From Flectonema sp. DT1601 (taxonomy: Eukaryota), in NCBI GenBank assembly GCA_964019425.1, contig OZ025796.1, positions 1,302,001-1,366,000 of the forward strand: 64,000 nucleotides of DNA, in the 5' to 3' direction. The position numbers and the translations under genes are program-made. Under the pieces are notes generated by a model. The model worked only from the letters and a program-made list of their open reading frames with translations, searched no databases and had not been told where the DNA came from. Shown in pieces: positions 1-11,721 of this stretch. How positions within the stretch are numbered: the first letter of the stretch is position 1; every line of letters starts with the position of its first letter.

Positions 1-3000
1 GATGCTATGACTAGTGGAATGGCTGTGTGTTAGTTAATTAAATTTTATAATTCCGTTTTAAAAGCAGACAAAACTGCAATAGCGAAGTCCGCAAGGGGGA
101 GCACATATTCTTCCAGAAACAGTTCATAGATTCCGCGAGAAGAAAATTGGGCGCTCCCCTTCATTCTCTCATTCACTATTCTCACATACATTCTCGTCGC
201 TTGACTGAATATCAATTAGGTGTCTACAACACAGTCATTAAAAAAAAAAAAACGAAAAAAGAAAAAGATAAAAAGGTTGTGATCCCCAAAAAAAAATATT
301 TCTGGGAAGCATCACAAAGAATTGTAAAAAGAACCAACTTTGAGAAGAAAATAAAATAAACTTGCCCCAACTGGTTGTTCTTCACAAGAAAAACACGAAG
401 TTAAAAAAAAAAATAATTAAAAAAAAAAAAACCAAACTAACGATTTGCGTAGCAAGTACGGTAGTTCTCTTTTTACCCCACTAATCGGTAGCGTGTAATG
501 TATTGTTATTTAAAAAAAAAAAAAATAAAGATTATGAATAAGAAAAGAGCCGAAGTCCCTATTGAGAAACGGCACGAAACTCCACCGAGTCCTGTTTTCA
601 TTTTGTTTTTTTTCATTTCTTTCTGTGTTTACTTTTTATTTCATTAGAATTCCTCAAAAGGGTGATGTAGATTTGACCTCGTCTCTCGTGACGTACGATA
701 GGTTTGATTTCATTCACCAAATTATTAGTTAATTACTGCGACCCGAGCTGCTCGGCTGCGCGCAGCTCTTCTTATCTGTCTCTCTCCGTCCTACGTGGGT
801 ATTGAGATGTGCATTTGTAATGATTTGCGTCTCGTCATTTTTTAATCTGTCTTATAGATCTCACTGCATTGGAAAAAAAATTTGTACATTGCTGGACTTA
901 CAGGTAAGTTCAGCAGGTGGAAAGCTCCAGTGAGAGGTCATTACGAGTTTAAAAAAAAAAAAATCTTTGTTCGTTTCATTTGTACCCAATTCATTTTGAA
1001 ACTACACAATAAAAATAACAAACTTGGATACTGCAGATGTCTTTTTGTTTTGTAGTGTTCACACTGTTATGTCGGATAATCTGTGCCACTTAGTTGGCTA
1101 CACTTTTGTATAAGGCATAACATGTTCTTGTTAATTGTGCAATGTTGTTGTCTTCCCTGAATCTTCCCTAGGTTACTTGGAGACCTTTGTAAGAGAGATA
1201 ACTCTTTCTTTTTCTTCCCTTAAAAACTATGATGTAATGCATGGTTTCTTTTATCGGGCATTCTCCAGGAGTTTTTTCTGCGGTGACATTCCGCAGTGGT
1301 TGAAACGGGGAATTCGTTTCTCAAACGTGGTTGTTTAAAATAGCACAACTCTCCTGTTTCCCGAAAAATTTCTTTTTTTTTTTTTTTTTTTTTTTTTTCG
1401 TTAGCGCGTGTTTTTGCTTTCGGTTTTATTGCCTGGCAAAAAAAAAAAAAAAAATACGAAAAGAAATAAAATTATCCTATTGTGTTCACTGTTCTGAAGT
1501 TGTTTCTTTACTTTTATTTATCTGTTAGGCGGCTGTAGATGTTGTTGTGCTCTTCTTTACTCCTTCTGTCTCCTCTTTTTTTTTTTGGGTTTTTGAGTCT
1601 TCGAGGACAGCGGCTAACATGTTGACTTGGCGCAATAGCGAATTAGGAAAAAAAAAAAAAAAAAAAAAAAGGATAAGGTGATTCTGAATTTTTTGACTTA
1701 AAATTAGGTACTATATTGTTTATTGTACTAGGATGATGGTTGGTTTTTTATTTATTCATTTATTTTTATTATTATTATTATTTTTGTTCTTCTTCATATT
1801 TGTGTTCCCAAAAAAAAAAAAAAAACTCCAAGATAAATATAGTGGAAAAAAAAATAATAATAATGAAAAAAGAAATGAATAAAGTGTGATGGAGGCATTT
1901 GTTTGTTTGTTTGTCTCAGTTGATAGGAAAAAAAAAAAAGACGAAGCTGAGCAATAACATTCTTAGAATCGTTTTTTTCTTTCCTTTTCTTTTTTTACAA
2001 TGAAATACCACTACTGGTACCGTCGCAATGACGGAGTGCGTCTCGTTTATTCTTATCAATTTACTCTGCCACCTTTTCATTTTAATTCAAGTAGGGCTTA
2101 ATTTGCAATAAATTAACCGTTACTGGTCAGCTGGATGCTGGCAGCTCACGGAGGGCTTGTTTGGCTAAGTTCTAGACAAGGCACCTGTTCTCCTCGAGAG
2201 CGGGGACCGCTCTCGAGGTTGATTGCGCACTGACGCTAGCTGTTGAAAAGAAATACAAAAAAAAAAAAAAAAAAAAAAATGTCAAATCAAAGAAAAAAAG
2301 GAGGGAAAAAAAAAAAAAAAATCATATCATTTTTTTTATTTTCTTTCAAACAGCTTTTTCTCCCTATAATGTTCTTTTTTTTTTTTTTTTTTCTTTTAAA
2401 AAAGAATATACCAGCAGAGCCTAGAGATAAGAGTATTTTTCTGTCTCACAGAAGATCGATGACAAGTGTTTATAGATTTGTAATCCTACGGGAAGATCTC
2501 AATAGTGTCATATGGTGGTTGTTTGTTTGTTTCACCTCCCTTTCCCTCTTTTTTTCCCCTTCACCCCTCACGTTTCTTAGCTCAGTTCTGTAAAAATAAT
2601 AATTTTGGGCAAGCATGCTCCAAAAATAAAACCAATTTTGCTTTTTTTTTTCCTCTTTTTTTGTTTTTTTTTTATATATTCTCTGACAATTAATCGATGC
2701 ATTATTCTTATGCATAAGCTCAGGACACACAGCAATTGAAATGAAGTCTTGAAGCAGTAGGTAGCGTATTGCCAACGGAAATACATGGTAGTGCCTTTCT
2801 AGGAAGACCAGAGTATTATTTCTATTTTTCTTTTTGAAAAAATAATTAACTTGCGACGTATTCCAACCCTCACGCAGATACTCTTCTGAATGACATGACA
2901 ACAACAACAACAACAAAATGTTTTTTTTTGTCTGGAAATTGGAGAACAACCTCACGTATGTTCGCACCTTCTGGTGGCTGTCACATGTTAGGACAACAAC

Positions 3001-3188
3001 AAAAATGATACCTTTGTAGAAACGGTGTTATAAAATATTCGTGTGTGTTTCTTTTTTAATTGTTTTATTCAGGTTGTGTTGCCCACATGTGTGCAGTGCA
3101 ATTACAGCACTGAAGGACTTGACTGAAATGATCATCTCGGGTGTACTTTTTCTCATACCTTTTATACTTCAGGTAACACGCAGCCAAC

Positions 3189-5204
3189 ATGGCATCAGGT
3201 GGAGCATACAGCTTATTAGTATTTGTTGATAATGCGGTTACCGCTGTTAAGATCGACTTAGAAGCGAATGACGTAAACGAACTCGTTCTTCAAATTCAAC
3301 GAATCATCGGACTTCCTCTCGCCAGCATATGTTATTGGGATGAGGTTTCACGTGAATACGTACAACTCAGAACATTAGCACCATTGACTGATGGAAAATG
3401 TAAGATTTGGGTCGCTACTAGAGGAGTTAAAGCAATGCCCATAACTGAAGATAAAGACGCATTAGAATTCAGTTCTATTCGAGAACAGGTAGAAAAACTA
3501 ACTCCACCAGAAGACGGACTTGCATTTCGAGTTAATGAAATCTTGAGAGTACAGAATCACACTTTGGATCAGAAATTTCGGATGCGAAGATCTCAGTTGT
3601 TCGATCCGTCGGCGAGGACGACTTTAAAATTTCATGCGGGAAATCAACCGACTGATCAAATATTAAAAGAGGGATTCCTAATTCCAACCCGACCAGGTCC
3701 CTACGGACTCGGCGTCATCTTCAGTTCTGACATAAGCGTCGCGTATCACACAGAAGCAGTGAGATTCTTATTATGTGAAGTAGCAATAGGAAGAAGTACA
3801 ACTCTACACAATGAAGAAGATCGTGGAACCACATACGAAGTGTTACAACACATGGGATACGATTCAGTCATAAGTAGAACATCAGCACATCCGACATTTG
3901 ATCAACTTGAAGAAAACATCGTATACCATCCTCACCAGGCTATTCCAAGATATTTAGTAACTTGTAACCTTGTAAAGAGTAGAGGTCATAAGTCAAAGTT
4001 AAATGATCGATGTAGGCAACACAGTGGTGAACAATTAAAACTTTGGTGTTTAACATGTGGTCACATGGTTTGTCCTTATTGTATGTTTGGATCTCATGCT
4101 GGTCATACAGCGAAGGGATTAGATGAAGTTGCATCAAAAGAAAGAGATCTACTTATGAGATGTGAAACAGTTTTACAAAGAACTATCGAACAAAGACAAA
4201 ACGATCTCGGTGATCTTGAAAAAATGAAATCTCACTATCACTCTGTTGCAAGAGACACAGTTGATACTCTTGGTAGAGATATCACTGATATTAAAACACA
4301 ACTTGATACTCAACACCATGAGTTGTTGAGACAGATTGAAAGTACTGAAAATACTGTTGGTCTTCGTTTAGCTGGTTTTGTCAACCCGTTGCAACAAGAG
4401 GTGTGTTTACAGTTAGATATTTGAAATTAGTTAGGCGTATTTTTTTTTTATCAAAAAAAAAATAAAAAAAAATAAAAACAGCTCGCGGAATTGATTGGAA
4501 AACAACAACAACTCAGAGAGGCCCTGGATATCGCTAAGAACTCAAGGCCTAGTTCGCAGGCGGAATTCTTAAATCGAACAGTTGACCTGCATAACAGTCT
4601 AAATACGGTACCGAAGTTTGATGAGGCTCCAGATGTGACGACATTCGCTCCATCTGTTGAGTTTTTTATTGATACTAAAACAGTGAAAGATGCAGTGTCT
4701 CACATGCATGTTGAAGACAGAGATCCTCATCCACACAAACAAGTTCATCCTCTTGGAACATTAGCTCTTCAGAGTGAGGGTCTTCTATCAAGAGATGACA
4801 GCTTAGATACAACAGAGTCGAGGTTGTTAGCTCTTGAGACTGGTCATATCTGGGCTATTCCCAACTTTAATGAACATATCAGTGCCAATCAGACTGTTGA
4901 TATATTTTCTGATCCTTTCCTCATGTCTGGACAGTATTGGGAAATGAAACTATCTTTTCTCCCACTCGAAAAATCAATTGCTGTCTACTTGTATGCCGTC
5001 AGACATCAGTTTCGTACAAACTTTCGTGTTGCAGTATTCAGATCAAAACGTTGGCATGTAAAGTCAACTCGTAATTGGGCTGATGAATTTCGTGGTAGAG
5101 GTTGGGGAATTAAACCGTTTATTTCTTATGATGAGTTATTAACATATGTTCACAATGACACATTAAAATGGGTGATTACCTTTACTGGAAACGGTTTATA
5201 CTGA
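3189..5204 (+). CDS. PARP-like (ADP-ribosyltransferase fold) + B-box zinc finger + coiled coil + MATH domain protein, ~644 aa; exons 3189-4400, 4482-5204
   Basis: Phase-0 intron 4401-4481 (GTGTGT...AAAAACAG) joins ORFs 3189 and 4491. PARP-like motifs FHAG..ILKEGF..YGLGVIFS..LLCEVAIG..EENIVYHPHQAIPRYLV; B-box CRQH-x7-CLTC-x4-CPYC-x4-HAGH; MATH-like IWAIPNF..SDPFLMSGQYWEMKL..GWGIKPFISYDEL. Confidence 0.85.
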
Positions 5205-5682
5205 GAGAGGGATGACTCTTTGTGGAATCTACCCAAGGCAAGGGTGCTGCTGATCGTTATTTTTGTTGTATTGTTCTTACGTTACGATATATATATTTAG
5301 TTTAGGTTTTTGTGTTATAAAAAAAAAAACAAACAAACAAACAAACTCGGAACTTTAAAACTATTTAGTCAGAGAAGGTCAGCCTGATTACCTTTTTTTT
5401 TTATTTTTTTTATTTGTACCTACGAAACCTATTGTGGTGGAAACAGAATCGTGGTAGGGCAACTTTACCTGTTCCTTTGTAAGGATTGAGTGAAAAAAAA
5501 AAAAAAAAAAAAGTACGAGTTGACCAATTCTTTTTCCCCCCCTTTTTATTTTTGTTTTTCTACCTTTTTCCCTAATGGTATTATTAGATTGCATAGAAAT
5601 TTATAATTATTTACGAATTCTCAACTTTTTTGTTTTTTTAAAAAAATATCATAACTTTTTTTTCCCCCAGAAGTTAACAACG

Positions 5683-6188
5683 ATGCGTGTTCGTAAAGGG
5701 TTTTCTGATTTCCGACTAGCAGCGCCAAGCCCTATGCAGGTGATTCTTTAACTCCATTATACTTCACCCCTCAGGAATTACCGAACAAGATCAAAAGACT
5801 CAATTAATTCTGCCTTTTTCCCTGAGGTATTGGATTGTTTTCCCAGACGTCAACGTTGGATTCTGCCGTTGGATATAATGATGAGAACCTCTTGAGTCAA
5901 TCATCTTTCCATGTCAGTATACACATCTTAAATATTTCCAATAAAATGGTACGTGCTCCCAGAGCCCATGCTGTCGATAGCGAGTCTTTCGTAGACGCAG
6001 ATGCTCCTCTTTCAGTAAACAACACGATGTTGTTCAACAGTCCGACAACTCCTGTTGCGGGTGGGCCGGGTATCTTGACAACTGTTGGTAGAAGAATGCA
6101 CTTATCAGGTCCAGCTAATCATATGATTACAACGTTCTCTACGATGGGTGCCGAGTCTATCGTTGCTGGTGATTATGATGGATTTTAG
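5683..6188 (+). CDS. Possible small hypothetical protein (exons 5683-5739, 5847-6188)
   Basis: ATG 13 nt after a pyrimidine-tract AG (5670); CAG|GTGA donor at 5740 joins in frame to ORF 5835-6188 at CCCAG|ACG. No recognisable domain, and the acceptor is atypical for this genome's introns. Confidence 0.35.
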
Positions 6189-6339
6189 TAGTAAAAAAAA
6201 AAAAAAAAAAAAAAAGGTACAGTCTTCCAAAACCCCTTGGCTCCATACACCATTTACCCTGTGAGCAGTGTATTTCTTTTTATTGTGCTGTTAAATTTTT
6301 TTTTTTAAAAATCTTATTTTTTTTCAACAAGGAGATAGA

Positions 6340-8925
6340 ATGCCAGTACCAGCATCTCCCTCGATATGGAGAGACGATGAAGGAGTTAGCCAACCGGTAC
6401 CAGTATCGGAACCCTTATCAAGAAATGTTAAAATAGATAGAAGACAACGAAGGAATTCTAACAGAGTACTCCCCCCTCATTTGGGAAAGAGAAATCCGTC
6501 GATGTCACATACGTTGCCACCTCTTGGGGTGAGACCGTCTCTTGATAATATCTTTTCAGCGCCGTCGTTTGTTGATACTCCAATGGATGTTGATATCACT
6601 CTGAGGCCTTCAATTTATTCAAAGGGTTCTGGTAATCATGGACTAGTACCTCCTCAACCTCCACCACCACCACCAGCGAATGACATCTTTAGAAGTTCAC
6701 AGCAACCACAACATCTACAGAAGCTTCCTGTCATTCCTGGAGTGTTGCAGGTCGAATCAGTGCCAACGAGTAGAAGTAGTACGGTAGTAGAGCCAAGTAG
6801 TGTAACACCCTTGACATCATCAAAAAATATACTACTACCTCCTCACGTTATTGATAACAATAATACCGGTATGATCTTCAATACTGACGTACCTGGTATT
6901 GGGGATAGGAGGACACCACTTAAAGATGTTCGATATGAAAGAGAGTGTAAGACACCACCACTTCCTCAAGAAGCACCTCCAATAGAACAAAGACATATGT
7001 TGATTGATACTTCAGAGATTAATCATGATAGTGATACGAGTACAGATCAACAAACACAACAGGGAAATGTATTCACTCCTCCTGATATTTCGATAATGGA
7101 CTCTCATAATACGCTGAGTGTTCATCAATTGAGAAATCAATTAGTGATGATGGACACTTCAGAAATACATGAATCTCACACTCCTAAACTAATACCACAA
7201 ATTGATGAGAGAAGACACCACGAAAAGTTTATGGATGTATCTGAGGTGGGACCAATGAGAAGTTTTACTAATCAACCTGTATCTGAAATAGATCACATGG
7301 GAATACAAACCGACATTGAAGAAGTACCATCAGTAAGTGATATTACAGACAATCTTCAAAAAGCAAAGAGAAAACACAGTCAAAGAGGACCACCTGCACC
7401 ACCTCCACCTCCAGAAAGAGTTTTTCAAATCGATGATGGAATTCGTGATGTATCAGAACCCATTCGACTTCCAGTAAATACAATTCCGTCTACTGAGATC
7501 TTTAATATGAACCCAGTGAGAGATGTGTGTCAACCACAACCAATCTTTAAACAAACAGAGCTAATCTCAAATGATGACTTGATACCAGCTCCTCGTTATA
7601 ATGATGTTGATGAAGTTAGTAATGTTCAGATAGATCGGGAATCGAGTGTTGGTTTAGAACAGTTTGACTTAAGACCGTCAGCTGATCCTGTTGTTGCGGA
7701 TAATATAAACTTTGAAACTGATAAAAATAAAAATAAAGTTCAATCAGTTTCATTCAATCCGATCCTGTCGGTGACAGAGGGAACTACAAAACAATCATTC
7801 AACAGCGACGATAACCAGTCAGGCTGTACATGCCCAAAACCAAAATTGTTATCACCTCTGTCAGTTCGTAGGAATAAGAAGCTGACTGTTGTTCTTGCTG
7901 TTGGTTGTTTTCTTTTATTATTCTTTTTAATATTCGGAATCATAGTAAGTGTCTCATTAGGTAGATCAGACATACCTATCGATTCACGATGTGAAGGTGT
8001 ACACCATTATCCTTATACATTATCAGGAAAGTTTTCTTCAATACGTGCAAGTAATCGATTTCAAATGGACATAAGTCAACTTTCAGGTCTCGCATTCCAA
8101 GAAGGAACAACATTAATAGCAACCAAGAGTAGTGTTTTTAACTTTCATGGCGAAGGTTCAATATTTGGTATTAAATTAAATAGCACTGGCTCTCTTGAAC
8201 ATGTTGACTTACCACAAATTAGTTCTGTTGTAAATCTTCACCAACCAACAGGTGTTACCATCGCTAGTGATGGAGGAGTTTGGGTAGCAGACAGATCAGG
8301 AAGTACTATTCATCAGTTGTCAGATACGTCTACGAAAGTAACTTTAGGAAGTATTGGAGTGTCTGGTAGAGGAAACTTATCAAAATCTTCATCATTTCCA
8401 TCAGAAAGGTTATTATTCGGAAATGGAAATCTTGATCTCTCATCCAACAGAGAACACGTAAAAGTTCTAGACACCAACAACTGTGCTGTTCACAGCTTCT
8501 CATCGACAGGTGCCTTCATTTCTTCTATTGGAAGCTGCTCAGAATTATCAGACGCTGTTTCTGTTGCCTCAGCTGAACGAACAACGTATGTTGCGACACA
8601 ATCTGGTATTGTTGTATACGATGATAGTTCTAATCAACCAGTTGTGATATATTCTCTTAATGTTCCTTCTTCTCCTTTAGATTATTTTAAATTTTCTCTT
8701 CTACGAGAATCCTGGAGAGGCAAAGTATCATCAATCTCCTTCACACCAACTGGTCACTTACTTACTACAGAAGGATCTCGGGTTCAAGTCCGTGATGTTG
8801 CAGGAAATACTTTGTGTGCATTCGGTGACTTACGCGAACCAGTTGCCGCGGTTATGTTACCAGACCTTCGTATTGTTGTCGCAGAGAGAGATCGGATATT
8901 GGTTTTTTCTGTTTCTTCAGAATAA
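6340..8925 (+). CDS. Single-pass (type II) membrane protein: Pro/Ser-rich disordered N-terminus, TM helix, C-terminal NHL-like beta-propeller
   Basis: 861 aa ORF; hydrophobic VVLAVGCFLLLFFLIFGIIVSVSL after basic RRNKK; NHL-type blades LHQPTGVTIASDGGVWVADR and LREPVAAVMLPDLRIVVAERDRILVF. Confidence 0.8.
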   Translation: MPVPASPSIWRDDEGVSQPVPVSEPLSRNVKIDRRQRRNSNRVLPPHLGKRNPSMSHTLPPLGVRPSLDNIFSAPSFVDTPMDVDITLRPSIYSKGSGNHGLVPPQPPPPPPANDIFRSSQQPQHLQKLPVIPGVLQVESVPTSRSSTVVEPSSVTPLTSSKNILLPPHVIDNNNTGMIFNTDVPGIGDRRTPLKDVRYERECKTPPLPQEAPPIEQRHMLIDTSEINHDSDTSTDQQTQQGNVFTPPDISIMDSHNTLSVHQLRNQLVMMDTSEIHESHTPKLIPQIDERRHHEKFMDVSEVGPMRSFTNQPVSEIDHMGIQTDIEEVPSVSDITDNLQKAKRKHSQRGPPAPPPPPERVFQIDDGIRDVSEPIRLPVNTIPSTEIFNMNPVRDVCQPQPIFKQTELISNDDLIPAPRYNDVDEVSNVQIDRESSVGLEQFDLRPSADPVVADNINFETDKNKNKVQSVSFNPILSVTEGTTKQSFNSDDNQSGCTCPKPKLLSPLSVRRNKKLTVVLAVGCFLLLFFLIFGIIVSVSLGRSDIPIDSRCEGVHHYPYTLSGKFSSIRASNRFQMDISQLSGLAFQEGTTLIATKSSVFNFHGEGSIFGIKLNSTGSLEHVDLPQISSVVNLHQPTGVTIASDGGVWVADRSGSTIHQLSDTSTKVTLGSIGVSGRGNLSKSSSFPSERLLFGNGNLDLSSNREHVKVLDTNNCAVHSFSSTGAFISSIGSCSELSDAVSVASAERTTYVATQSGIVVYDDSSNQPVVIYSLNVPSSPLDYFKFSLLRESWRGKVSSISFTPTGHLLTTEGSRVQVRDVAGNTLCAFGDLREPVAAVMLPDLRIVVAERDRILVFSVSSE

Positions 8926-9102
8926 AAAAAAGACAAAAAAACAAAAACAAAAACAATTACTTTCTATTACCCTTAGTCTCTTGACTACTCATAGTATAGA
9001 TTAACATAGATAGCTATTATTAGAATAAGTTAGGGGATGGTTTTTTACGATACGATTTTTCTCATTTTACATTACTTTCTCATACGTAAGAGTATACATA
9101 AA

Positions 9103-9829
9103 ATGGGTCAGAACCACTCATTCAGCGCAGATGAGCTCGAGGAGCTTCAAAAGGATACAAATTTCACTCAGGATCAAATCGTTCGGTTGCATAAAAGATT
9201 TCGTAAACTTGACGTCGATGGAAACGGTGAGATCTCATGGGAGGAGTTCGAGTCGATTCCCAGTTTACAACAAAATCCCTTACTTGGGAGGTATGAGAGT
9301 TCCTTTTTTAAATTCATTCATTGCACTTCTCTTAATCCAACTAAAACAGAGTACTAACAATATTCGACACTAACGGTGACAGAAGTGTTGATTTCAGAGA
9401 ATTCGTAAAGGCGCTATCTGTCTTCTCAAACGACTGTGCTAAGGAGAGAAAATTACAATTCACCTTTAAGATGTACGACATTGATGGTGATGACAGGATT
9501 AGTAACAAGGATTTATTTAAAACTCTTCAGGTATGAAATCAGTTTTTATGAAGAACAACTAATGTCATAAAACTAATTTTAACAAAAAAAAAAAAACAGA
9601 TCATGGTGGGTTCGAACTTGAGTGATATTCAACTTCAGCAGATTGTTGACAAAACGTTCTTAGAGGCCGATGAAAACAGGTTTGTGAAAACTACTTGAGT
9701 ATTTAATAATGACACCAACACCAACACCAACACCAATAACAACACAGAGATGGATACATTGACTTCTCCGAATTTGTGAAAATAGTTGAAGCCAGCGACT
9801 TCGGCGACAAGCTCACCCTTCAGTTCTAA
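9103..9829 (+). CDS. CNB1: Calcineurin B regulatory subunit, copy 1 (176 aa); exons 9103-9290, 9350-9530, 9600-9679, 9748-9829
   Basis: Myristoylation-type start MGQNHS; RLHKRFRKLD, QQNPLLGRV, MVGSNLSDIQLQQIVDKT; four EF-hand loops (DVDGNGEIS, DTNGDRSVD, DIDGDDRIS, DENRDGYID); three GT-AG introns restore the frame. Confidence 0.95.
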
Positions 9830-10966
9830 GTTGTTTCTGTTCCTATATAACGCGTTGTAGTTGTTTATTTTGGGGCGTTGTAGGTAGCTTTGAGGAGGAG
9901 AAAAAAAAAAAAAAAAAAAAAAAAAACACAGCTACCTGGCAGTCGGGTGAGTCAGTCTCTAAATTGAGCTGACGAGTTAATTATTGTCAGATGGTTAAAA
10001 GATAGCCAACTAATATGGACAATCACAGGTCAGGGATACCTTTCCTTGACGCCCATTCTGGAAAGAGTGAGCGTTGCTTCATGTGCTGCAATGTGACAGC
10101 CTGTTTCAGCAATTACATCCGTGGTGGATATGTCAAATGGGTCCTCCTCCTCAGCTATAGAAGGAGAATCTGGGAGACGTTAAGGAGTAAGCACTTCGAA
10201 TGCTGCTGCTATGCAGAATTTAAAGAAAAAAAAAAAAAAAATGATCTTTTTATCTTTTTATACCATTCCCCCCTTCCTCTTTTTTACCTTCCCTCCTCTC
10301 CCAGTTGTAGCTGCCGTGTTTGAGATGAAGGCGGAACTAGTCTGAAAAAATAATGAAAGAATTTTGCGAAAAAAAAAAAAAAAAATTATGTAAAAAGAAT
10401 TATAACGTAGCTGTATTTGTTAGAAAATAAAGTCTAATTGCTGCGCCTGCTAACCTCGTCCTCACCAAAGGTTCGAGTTGTCAAGTGAAACCATGACACA
10501 ATTGATAACGAAATTTTTAAAAAAAAAAAAAAAAAAAAGGGAACAAACAAAAAAAAAAAAAAAAAATAATAACTTTGTTTCCAATCAGACAAGCAAGATT
10601 GGAAGCAGGTTAATGTGCTTCAACGTAATGGGAAAAAAAAAAAAAAAAAAAAGTAAAAAGTAAAAGAGGAAATGGTTTAGTGTACAGTACAGGTTGTTCT
10701 ACGTTTGGTTTTGTCCAAAAGCCTACCTCGCAACCCCCCGCCATCGCTGTTTTTTAAGCGATTGGCTGTCTGAATAGTCTCGTAGTGTGAATTTTGTTTA
10801 TTCTGTTTTTTTAATGATTTACTTATTATTATAATAAACCTCATCATTCAATCCCTCAATCAGTTTTCTGAAAACATGAAATAAACAAAACGACGATTAC
10901 TTATTGTGAGGTTATTATTAGAATCTGTTTTTTTACATCCATTTCAATAAAATAAGGTCACTTAAA

Positions 10967-11721
10967 ATGGGTCAGAACCACTCATTCAGCGCAGATGAGC
11001 TCGAGGAGCTTCAAAAGGATACAAATTTCACTCAGGATCAAATCGTTCGGTTGCATAAAAGATTTCGTAAACTTGACGTCGATGGAAACGGTGAGATCTC
11101 ATGGGAGGAGTTCGAGTCGATTCCCAGTTTACAACAAAATCCCTTACTTGGGAGGTATGAGAGTTCCTTTTTTAAATTCATTCATAGCCACCAATTCCAC
11201 TTCTCTTAATCCAACTAAAACAGAGTACTAACAATATTCGACACTAACGGTGACAGAAGTGTTGATTTCAGAGAATTCGTAAAGGCTCTTGCGGTATTCT
11301 CAAACGACTGCGCTAAGGAGAGAAAATTACAATTCACTTTCAACATGTACGACATCGATGGTGATGACAGGATTAGTAACAAGGATTTATTTAAAACTCT
11401 TCAGGTATGTACATTCGTATCTCCAAAAAAAAAAAAGAGAAAAAAAAAAAGCCAACAACGACCCTATTTCAACACAGATTATGGTTGGGTCGAACCTGAG
11501 TGACGTTCAACTTCAGCAGATCGTTGATAAAACATTCATAGAAGCGGATGAGAATAGGTATTTTTAAAATTCATATTATAATCACCACACAGTTGCTACT
11601 TGAAAAAAAAAAAACTCAAAAACACAAAACACAACACAGAGACGGCTATATCGATTTCAAAGAGTTCGTTAAAATTGTAGAGGCCAGCGACTTTGGTGAC
11701 AAACTCACCCTTCAATTCTAA
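10967..11721 (+). CDS. CNB1: Calcineurin B regulatory subunit, copy 2 (176 aa); exons 10967-11154, 11224-11404, 11478-11557, 11640-11721
   Basis: Same exon structure as copy 1; five residue differences (S/A, K/N, I/V, L/I, S/K). Confidence 0.95.

Noticed and set aside
1..33. Possible 3' end of an upstream CDS (DAMTSGMAVC*)
   Set aside because: Too short to support.
435..470. AACTAACGATTT resembling the 5' end of a euglenozoan spliced-leader exon
   Set aside because: Similarity stops after ~12 nt; the conserved CAGTTTCTGTACTTTATTG|GT core is absent.
2192..2240. Helitron 3' end (hairpin followed by CTAG)
   Set aside because: CTAG is not followed by T and no matching 5' TC terminus or Rep/helicase remnant is identifiable.
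147..3000. Short Lys/Phe-rich ORFs on both strands (also at 10015-10663, 12101-13058, 23635-23877, 47503-48069, 55116-57433, 60463-62484)
   Set aside because: Translations of poly-A/poly-T tracts, often with non-ATG starts; no domain signal.
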